The notes below the pieces were generated by a model, which did not search any database, was not told the DNA's origin, and worked only from the letters and a program-made list of their open reading frames with translations. From Candidatus Dormiibacterota bacterium (lineage in GTDB: Bacteria; Chloroflexota; Dormibacteria; Aeolococcales; Aeolococcaceae), in NCBI GenBank assembly GCA_963718525.1, contig OY970355.1:928001-992000 (forward strand): DNA of 64,000 nt. The letters run 5' to 3'. Positions 56,990-64,000 of this stretch are shown in pieces (within the stretch, counting starts at the first letter, position 1; each line of letters starts with the position of its first letter). The position numbers and the translations under genes were made by a program.

Positions 56990-57976
56990 TCAGAGCGAGA
57001 GGGTCAGCTGGTTTCCGCTCGGGCGTTCTCCCTGCTCTTCCAGTGCGTCTCGGCTCGGGGCCGGTGGCGGCGTGGAGGCCTCGACCCAATCCGGGACGCG
57101 CCCATCGCGCTCGCGGAGGGTCTGGATCACCGGCGCGGGAGGGCGCGGCAGTCCCAGCCCGAGCAATGCCCCGAAGTCGAACGCGTTGGCCACCGCGTAA
57201 TTGCTCCGGTTGTTGTTCAGCAGCACGTGCACCGGTACCCCGGAGTCACTCGCCGCGCGCATCGCCGGAATCCATTCGGCGAGTTCCGCCGGTGTGTAGA
57301 GGTAGTTGAAGCGATCGCCACTGGTGGGGCCGGACGTGTACCACGTGTCCCGGTTGCGCCCGTGGAATCGTGCGATGCACAGACGCGGCGAGGTGACCGC
57401 GAGCAGCGGCGGCGCTGTCGCCGATCCGATTTGCGGAGCATCCACACCGACGTAGACGCACTCGAGCTCCCGGAGCAGATCCTCCGTGGCCGGCCAGGCG
57501 TCGCGATCGAACCACGAGCGGTGCCGGAATTCGATCGCGAGGAGATCATCGGGGTGGCGGTCACGAGCGGCGAGCAGCCACTCGCGTGAGTCCGGACGGT
57601 TGGTGAGCCACGGCGGGAACTGGTAGTGGACGGCGACGAGCTTGCCGCTCGAGCGCAGCGGCATCAGCGCGGCCATGAAGTCGCGCTCCTCGTCGACGGT
57701 CGGCTTGCGAGGGACCCGGTCCTCGCGCTCGTGGCCGGTGAGGCTTCGGTATGCCTTGACGTTGAAGCGAAAATGCTCAGGAGTCCGCTCCACCCATCCT
57801 TCGACCACCTGTGGGCGCGGAATCCCGTAGAAGGTCGTATCGATCTCGACGAGCGGGAAATACTCGGCGTAGAAGGTGAGCTTGTCGCGCTGGCGGCGTC
57901 CGTGCTCCAGCTCGGCTGGATAGAAGTCGGTGTGATCGGCCCAATTGCAGGTCCCGACCGCAATCGGCGCGCCCAT
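56990..57976 (-). CDS. DUF72/YecE-family protein
   Basis: GTCNW, VEIDTTFY, F.VKA, QFPP, EFRHRSW, RFHGRN, YLY. Confidence 0.92.
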   Translation of the reverse strand: MGAPIAVGTCNWADHTDFYPAELEHGRRQRDKLTFYAEYFPLVEIDTTFYGIPRPQVVEGWVERTPEHFRFNVKAYRSLTGHEREDRVPRKPTVDEERDFMAALMPLRSSGKLVAVHYQFPPWLTNRPDSREWLLAARDRHPDDLLAIEFRHRSWFDRDAWPATEDLLRELECVYVGVDAPQIGSATAPPLLAVTSPRLCIARFHGRNRDTWYTSGPTSGDRFNYLYTPAELAEWIPAMRAASDSGVPVHVLLNNNRSNYAVANAFDFGALLGLGLPRPPAPVIQTLRERDGRVPDWVEASTPPPAPSRDALEEQGERPSGNQLTLSL

Positions 57977-58078
57977 ATGAGCAAACAGTAACGAAGCCGT
58001 CACCAAAGCTGACGAGATCGGCGGCGTCACTGGCCATACGATCCCGGCGGTGGTGCATAAGGCGGAGCTCTCCGAGGA

Positions 58079-60685
58079 GTGATGGCGTCCGGACGACGCC
58101 GTCTCAGCGCCGGCTGGAACCGGCGGTCGCGAATCGATCCGCGACTGTGGATCCTGGGCGCCTGCCTGCTCCTGATTGCACTGGGACTCTGGATCGCGTA
58201 TGCGGGAGCCCTGCCGGTGTATTCACCGCCGAGCCTGCCATGGTGGATATTCGCGATCGCATTCTTTGCCGCGTCCCGCCTGGCATCCATCGACAGTCCG
58301 CGCCACGGCACCCAGTCCATCACGCTGGCAGCGGCACCATTCGTCGTGGGGCTGTTTCACGCGACTCCACTCGCGCTGCTCCTCGGGTATGCGCTCGGGA
58401 CGGCAGCCGCAGCGGCCACCCGCCGACCGCGCGCCGTCTGGCAGACCGCCTTCGACATCGTCCGCTTCGGGGCGTTCGGGGCGATCGGGATCTGGGCCTT
58501 CCGAGCGATCGCGGGCAGCCCCGACCTCGCCGTCTGGCACAGCGCTCTCGGCGCCATCGCGGCGACGGCGATCACCGTCCTGAGGCGAGCGATGACGGAG
58601 GGCGTCATTCTCCGGCCGCGTGAGCGCGGCTCGTGGATCGATGTCGTCAACCACCTGCGCGCGGCCGTCGTGGCCGCCGGTGCGTCGATGTGCATCGGCC
58701 TGATCGCCGTGCGCCTGATTCCGGTCGATCGTCTGGCACTGGTGCCGCTCGTGGTGGTGACCTTCGCCGTGTTGTTCACACACCGCGCCTGGGTGCGAGA
58801 GCGCTACGACCACGAGGCGGCCGAGTTCCTGGTCGGCGCCGTCGACGCTCTCGCGGGTCGCGAGCTCGAGCCCTCCATCGTGCTGCTGCTCAACCGCGCC
58901 CGCGACATCTTCAGTGCCGAGATCGCGCAGCTCACGGTGTTCCCGTCCCAGCCGGCGGAGAAGGCGTTCCGTACCACCGTCCGTCATGGCAAGCGCGATG
59001 AGGTGATGGTGCCACTCGGTCTCGGCGAGCTCGACGATGTGCTCGAGGCCGAGACCGCGGGCGTGATCGTGCACGCGGGAACCGCCGATGACCCCAGCTC
59101 CGAGATGCTCATGCGCCGAGGAGTCAACGAAGCGATGGTCGCGTTGCTTCGGGGCGAGTCGCGAATGATCGGCAGTCTGATGGTCGGCGGCCACCTCGAC
59201 GCTCGCACCTTCGATGATCGTGACCTCCGTCTGTTCCGCACGCTGGCCACGAGGACGACGGCCATCCTGGAGAACAGCCGGATGGAGCGGTCGATCGCGC
59301 GGCTGACAGAGCTGCAGGAGCAGCTCACCCACCAGGCGTACCACGACTCGCTGACCGACCTCGCCAACCGATCGCTGTTCGGACAGCACATCGATCAGGC
59401 GTTGCGGCGCAGCGCAGAAGGCGCGGCGAGCGTCGCCGTGATCTTCCTCGACATCGACGATTTCAAGGGCGTCAACGACACGCTCGGCCACGCGGCGGGC
59501 GACGCGCTGCTCGTCGAGGTTGCGGCGCGCATTCGCGCCTGCCTGCGCCGTCCCGACACCGCCGCGCGCCTCGGCGGCGACGAATTCGCGTTGCTGATCG
59601 AGGGGGTCGACAGCGCCATCGAAGCCGAACATGTGGCGCGACGCGTGCTCGACGTCCTGCGCGAGCCCTTCACGGTCTCTGGGACGTCGGTGATCGTCCG
59701 CGCCTCGCTGGGCATTGCTGTTGCTGACAACTCCGACGCAAACGCTGCGAGCCTGATGCGCCAGGCTGACGTTGCGATGTACGTCGCCAAGGGCGCCGGC
59801 CGGAATCGCTACGTGCTCTTCGCGCCCGGCATGGAGAGCGAGGTGGTGCACCGGCGCAAGCTCCGCGGCGAGCTCGAGCGCGCCATGGAGCTGAACCAAT
59901 TCATCCTCCACTACCAGCCGGTGGTCAACCTGATCACCGGCGAGATCACCGCCGTCGAAGCCCTGGTGCGCTGGCATCACCCGCTTCGTGGCATCGTGGC
60001 CCCCGGAGAGTTCATCGCGCTCGCCGAGGAGAGCGGTCTCATCATGCAGCTCGGCGAATTCGTGCTGCGCACCGCGTGCGCAACCACGCTCCGGTTGCAG
60101 CGCCTGCAATCGACGCCACTCGCTGTGTGCGTCAACGTCTCGGTCGTGCAGCTGAACGCCCCGACATTCGTCGAAGACGTGCTCGCCATCGTCGAGGAGA
60201 CCGGGCTCTCTCCCGACACCCTGATACTCGAGCTCACCGAATCGATGTTCGTCGAGGACACGGCGATCGTCATCTCCAAGCTCGAAGCCCTGCGCAACGC
60301 GGGAATCCGCGTCGCCATCGACGACTTCGGCACCGGCTATTCGTCGCTGAGCTACCTGCGCCGGCTCCCGGTCGACATCCTGAAGATCGCCAAGCCGTTT
60401 GTCGACGATCTCGCCGCCGGAGCGGACGAGGACTTCACCCGTGCGATCGTCACCATTGCAGACGCGCTCCAGCTGCATGTCATCGCGGAAGGCATCGAAG
60501 CTGCGTCACAGGTCACCCGGCTGCTGAGCCTCGGATGCCTTGCCGGCCAGGGATACCACCTCTGCCACCCACTTCCGGGAGTCGAGATCGAGCAGCTGCT
60601 GCGCCAGGGCGGGATCGACCGCTCCCGGCTGGAGGCTGTACAGGACACAGCAGAGAAGCGCATGCCGCTGCGATTGCTCGGGTAG
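58079..60685 (+). CDS. Membrane-anchored GAF-GGDEF-EAL protein
   Basis: N-terminal TM segments; DIDDFKGVNDTLGH, GGDEF, EAL, DDFGTG. Confidence 0.93.
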   Translation: MMASGRRRLSAGWNRRSRIDPRLWILGACLLLIALGLWIAYAGALPVYSPPSLPWWIFAIAFFAASRLASIDSPRHGTQSITLAAAPFVVGLFHATPLALLLGYALGTAAAAATRRPRAVWQTAFDIVRFGAFGAIGIWAFRAIAGSPDLAVWHSALGAIAATAITVLRRAMTEGVILRPRERGSWIDVVNHLRAAVVAAGASMCIGLIAVRLIPVDRLALVPLVVVTFAVLFTHRAWVRERYDHEAAEFLVGAVDALAGRELEPSIVLLLNRARDIFSAEIAQLTVFPSQPAEKAFRTTVRHGKRDEVMVPLGLGELDDVLEAETAGVIVHAGTADDPSSEMLMRRGVNEAMVALLRGESRMIGSLMVGGHLDARTFDDRDLRLFRTLATRTTAILENSRMERSIARLTELQEQLTHQAYHDSLTDLANRSLFGQHIDQALRRSAEGAASVAVIFLDIDDFKGVNDTLGHAAGDALLVEVAARIRACLRRPDTAARLGGDEFALLIEGVDSAIEAEHVARRVLDVLREPFTVSGTSVIVRASLGIAVADNSDANAASLMRQADVAMYVAKGAGRNRYVLFAPGMESEVVHRRKLRGELERAMELNQFILHYQPVVNLITGEITAVEALVRWHHPLRGIVAPGEFIALAEESGLIMQLGEFVLRTACATTLRLQRLQSTPLAVCVNVSVVQLNAPTFVEDVLAIVEETGLSPDTLILELTESMFVEDTAIVISKLEALRNAGIRVAIDDFGTGYSSLSYLRRLPVDILKIAKPFVDDLAAGADEDFTRAIVTIADALQLHVIAEGIEAASQVTRLLSLGCLAGQGYHLCHPLPGVEIEQLLRQGGIDRSRLEAVQDTAEKRMPLRLLG

Positions 60686-60689
60686 CAGC

Positions 60690-62705
60690 GTGTCCCCCTG
60701 GCTCGCCCTGCCGGTCGTCGCGGTTGTGGCGATCGCACTTGCGGGAGTCGCATGGGCGGCGGTGCGTCGCGAGAAGACCCGCCTCGGGTTTCTGCACACG
60801 ACCGCACTTGCGCTTCTCGAGGCTCGCGACCTCGAGGCCGCATCCGTGGAGGTGCTCCGCCGCGCGTGCAGCCGGTTCGGGGCCCAGTGCGCCGAGCTCA
60901 CCCTGATCCCCGAGACGGGCACCGCGGCGGCGTTCCGGACCACGATGCGTGGCGGTCAACCCGTCGACGTGATGCGGTCGACCGACCTCGAGGACGACGA
61001 GGACGGCGCTCTGACCCCTCCCGTGTACGGCGTGGTGCACATCTCCGAGGCTGCTGCCGACCCGTGGGTGGCCCGGCTGTGCGCCCGTCTCGGGATTTCG
61101 CGGGGGCTTGCGGTGAGCCTTCGCCACGGCTCTCGCACCGTCGGCTATCTGGCTCTGGGCCTGCGCGCCAGCGACCGGCGCGAGTCGCGCGCCGATGATC
61201 AGCATCTCCAGGAGCTCGCCAACCTCGTCGCCCTCACGATCGAGCGCAGCCGCCTGCACGAGGCGCTCGTCCGGATGGCGGCCCTGCAGAGCGAGCTCGC
61301 AGACCGAGCATTTCACGACCCGCTCACCAACCTCGCCAACCGCGTGCTGTTCATCGACCGTATCGAGCGAGCGCTCCTCGAACGGGACCCGGAACGCCAC
61401 GCGGTGAGCGTCGTCTCGGTCGACCTCGAGGACTTCCGGCGGGTCAACACGGAGTACGGCCACGCGACCGGCGACATCGTGCTCATCGAGGTCGCCAGGC
61501 GTCTGCACGAGTGCCTGCGCCGCACAGACACTGCCGCTCGCCTCGGTGGGGACGAGTTTGCCCTGCTGCTTCCTGAGGTGCTCCACCCTCGTGAGGCAGA
61601 GGTCATCGCCCAGCGCGTGGTGGAGGCGCTCGCCGCGCCGGTTGCCGCTGACGGCGTGACCGTCGCCATCCAGGCATCTGTCGGGCTCGCCTGCGCGAGT
61701 GCCGAGGATGCATCGGCGGCCGTCCTGCTCCGTCGCGCGACGGCCGCTGCGCAGGAGGCGCGCGAGGCGGGATCGGGCACCTATCGCATCCACGGCGGCG
61801 CCTCGGCGGGTCCGGCGGACCCAGACCTTGCGGCAGAGCTCGAATCCGCGCTGAACAAGGGTGAGCTGGTCCTCCACTACCAGCCGATCGTGGAACTCCG
61901 CACCGGCAAGATCCTGGGCGCGGAGGCACTCGTCCGCTGGCGGCACCCGGTACGCGGGCTGATCGCGCCGCTGCACTTCCTCCCCATCGCTGTGGAATAC
62001 GGGCTCATCGAGCGCGTCGAGGAATACGTGATGCGCTCGGCGTGCGAGCAGCTTCGCCGCTGGCAGATCGCGCACCCCGCCACTCCAGAGCTGGCCATGT
62101 CGATCAACGTCGCCGCAGGAGAGCTCAGCCGCGGGGAACTCATCGACCGGGTGAAGCGGTGCCTCGCCAACGGCGACGTCGCTCCCGCCTGTCTGATCCT
62201 CGAGGTGACCGAGAACGCCGTCCTCGAGGATCTCCCGGGAGCGATCACTGCCTTTGACGCGCTGCAGCGAGCGGGCGTGCACGTCGCGATCGACGACGTC
62301 GGTACCGGCTACACGTCCCTCGCCTATCTGCGGCGCCTTCCGATCGACATTCTCAAGATTGCCCGCCCTCTGGTCGCGGAGCTGGGCGATCCAAATTCCA
62401 GCGGCGAGCTGGCACGAACCGTTGTCCGCCATGGCGAGGCGCTCCGGCTTGCGCTGGTCGCGGAAGGGGTCGAGATGCCGCTCCAGGTCCAGCGCCTCAA
62501 CGAGCTTGGCTGCGGGATGGCCCAGGGGTTTTACCTCGCACGTCCCTGCGACGCCGACGCGATGGAGGCGCTGCTCGCCAAGGGGGGCCTCGACCCCGCG
62601 CACTTCGGCCCCGCGGCTCCGGCGCCCAAGGCGGCCGCGAAGCGCAAGCCGCCCCGTTCGCGGCGCGTACCCTCGTCAGGTGCAGCAGCGCGACACACTG
62701 CGTGA
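60690..62705 (+). CDS. GAF-GGDEF-EAL protein (paralog)
   Basis: Single TM; HDPLTNLANR, GGDEF, EAL, DDVGTG; GTG start inferred. Confidence 0.9.
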   Translation: MSPWLALPVVAVVAIALAGVAWAAVRREKTRLGFLHTTALALLEARDLEAASVEVLRRACSRFGAQCAELTLIPETGTAAAFRTTMRGGQPVDVMRSTDLEDDEDGALTPPVYGVVHISEAAADPWVARLCARLGISRGLAVSLRHGSRTVGYLALGLRASDRRESRADDQHLQELANLVALTIERSRLHEALVRMAALQSELADRAFHDPLTNLANRVLFIDRIERALLERDPERHAVSVVSVDLEDFRRVNTEYGHATGDIVLIEVARRLHECLRRTDTAARLGGDEFALLLPEVLHPREAEVIAQRVVEALAAPVAADGVTVAIQASVGLACASAEDASAAVLLRRATAAAQEAREAGSGTYRIHGGASAGPADPDLAAELESALNKGELVLHYQPIVELRTGKILGAEALVRWRHPVRGLIAPLHFLPIAVEYGLIERVEEYVMRSACEQLRRWQIAHPATPELAMSINVAAGELSRGELIDRVKRCLANGDVAPACLILEVTENAVLEDLPGAITAFDALQRAGVHVAIDDVGTGYTSLAYLRRLPIDILKIARPLVAELGDPNSSGELARTVVRHGEALRLALVAEGVEMPLQVQRLNELGCGMAQGFYLARPCDADAMEALLAKGGLDPAHFGPAAPAPKAAAKRKPPRSRRVPSSGAAARHTA

Positions 62706-63459
62706 TCTCGCCCTCGCTGCCGCGTCGGCGGCGGGAGCGCTGGTGGCAGCCGCCCATGACCGCCCGGGGACACTGACCGCCGAGATCAAGAGCCCCGGCG
62801 ACTACGTCACCGAGGTCGACCGCTCCGCTGAGCAGGCGGCGATTCGCGTGCTGCGGGAGGGCGCGCCCGGCATCGCGATCCTCGCCGAGGAGTCGGGCGG
62901 CACGCGGCACGACCGCATGTGGGTGATCGACCCGGTGGATGGGACGACGAACTTCCTCCGGGGCTTTCCCGTGGTTGGGGTCAGCGTCGCCCTGGTCGAG
63001 GACGGCCGACCCGTGGTCGGTGCCGTGGTGGCTCCCCTGCTCGGCGAGGCGTGGAGCGCCGCCGAAGGCCTCGGTGCCACCGATCGCGCCGGGCGCCGCC
63101 TCATGGTGTCGACCCACCCGGGTGCCGGCGTCGTCGCCACCGGATTCCCCTTTCGCCGCAAGGAGCGATTGCCGCGGTATCTGCCGGTGATGACCAGGGC
63201 GCTGCGACGTTTCGAGGACCTCCGTCGCGCCGGCGCCGCCAGCCTCGACCTCGCCTATGTGAGCTCGGGCGCCTTTGACGGATTCTTCGAGCTCGGGCTC
63301 GGTCTGTGGGACATCGCCGCCGGCGCGCTCCTGGTTCGCGAGGCGGGCGGCGTGGTCACCGACTGGAGCGGCGATCGAGACGGCGTGTTCGTCAGCGGCG
63401 ACATCCTCGCCGGCACACCCGGGTGGCACGAGGTCATGCTCGAGATCGTTGCTGCGTAA
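62680..63459 (+). CDS. Inositol monophosphatase family (SuhB-like)
   Basis: AEESG, WVIDPVDGTTNF, GAASLDL, WDIAAG. Confidence 0.92.
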   Translation: MQQRDTLRDLALAAASAAGALVAAAHDRPGTLTAEIKSPGDYVTEVDRSAEQAAIRVLREGAPGIAILAEESGGTRHDRMWVIDPVDGTTNFLRGFPVVGVSVALVEDGRPVVGAVVAPLLGEAWSAAEGLGATDRAGRRLMVSTHPGAGVVATGFPFRRKERLPRYLPVMTRALRRFEDLRRAGAASLDLAYVSSGAFDGFFELGLGLWDIAAGALLVREAGGVVTDWSGDRDGVFVSGDILAGTPGWHEVMLEIVAA

Positions 63460-63498
63460 CTGCGAATCCCAGTACGAGCCTTATAAGGTACGTCGCCT

Positions 63499-64000
63499 GT
63501 GAGCACCCAGAAACCATCGTCCCCTGCCCCCGGCATCCTCAGCGGGAAGCGCATCGTCGTCACCGGTGTCCTGACCCCCAGGAGCATCGCTTTCGCGATC
63601 GCCGCGGCCGCGCAGGCAGCCGGCGCCGAGGTGTTGCTCACCTCGTTCGGGAGGGCGATGAGCCTGACCCGGAAGAGCGCCGAGCGCCTGAGCCCGGTCC
63701 CCGACGTGCTCGAGATGGACGTCACCGACGTCGCCCAGGTGCAGGCGGTTGCCGAGCAGGCGCGAGAGCGGTGGGGTGGTGTCGACGGAGTCGTTCATGC
63801 GATCGGCTTCGCACCCCCGGACTGCCTCGGGGGCGGCTTCCTCGAGGCTCCGTGGAGCTCGGTGAGCACGGCGTTCCACGTCAGCAGCTACTCGTTGCGG
63901 ACGCTCGCCGCAGCATTCGCGCCGCTGATGCCAGCGACCGGGGGAAGCATCGTCACGCTGACCTTCGACGCGCGCTTCGCGTGGCCCGTCTACGACTGGA
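63499..64000 (+). CDS. fabI: Enoyl-ACP reductase FabI/InhA-like (3' truncated)
   Basis: GKRIVVTGV...SIAF, HAIGFAP, SSYSL, LTFDA...WPVYDW. Confidence 0.88.
   Translation, partial: MSTQKPSSPAPGILSGKRIVVTGVLTPRSIAFAIAAAAQAAGAEVLLTSFGRAMSLTRKSAERLSPVPDVLEMDVTDVAQVQAVAEQARERWGGVDGVVHAIGFAPPDCLGGGFLEAPWSSVSTAFHVSSYSLRTLAAAFAPLMPATGGSIVTLTFDARFAWPVYDW

Noticed and set aside
1-64000. CRISPR arrays, tRNA/rRNA genes, transposases
   Set aside because: No regularly spaced repeats, cloverleaf/T-loop signatures or transposase/integrase motifs noticed by eye; intergenic gaps are short

Overview
High-GC bacterial chromosomal window centred on the replication origin. Gene content suggests a monoderm soil lineage such as Ca. 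Dormibacterota or Chloroflexota; this is inference, not a taxonomic assignment. The origin block is jag-yidC-yidD-rnpA-rpmH <- DnaA boxes -> dnaA-dnaN, followed by a convergent recF-dciA pair; parA-parB lies about 9 kb away. The rest is largely housekeeping: FemABX ligases, yvcK, glpX, an IscS-like desulfurase, an Rrf2-led suf operon, SOD, a CopC/CopD fusion, lepB, ndk, folP/folK, two orphan DNA methyltransferases, an MMPL transporter, a Upf1-like helicase, an ECF sigma-Ogt pair, two GGDEF-EAL proteins and fabI. I found no tRNA, rRNA, CRISPR array or transposase. Main oddities: (1) a stand-alone single-motif LAGLIDADG gene with its own near-consensus promoter, divergent from parAB and overlapped by parS half-sites; (2) an apparently transcribed, highly structured intergenic element at about 19.0-19.25 kb with a sequestered RBS, a short ORF and a pseudoknot; (3) an ECF sigma translationally coupled to an O6-methylguanine methyltransferase inside a helicase/Grx-PDZ/DUF72 cluster; (4) non-canonical initiation (ATC start for rpmH, probable CTG starts, many leaderless starts); (5) a one-base frameshift splitting dnaA, most likely an assembly error. 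All family calls come from motifs recognised by eye, without database searches.
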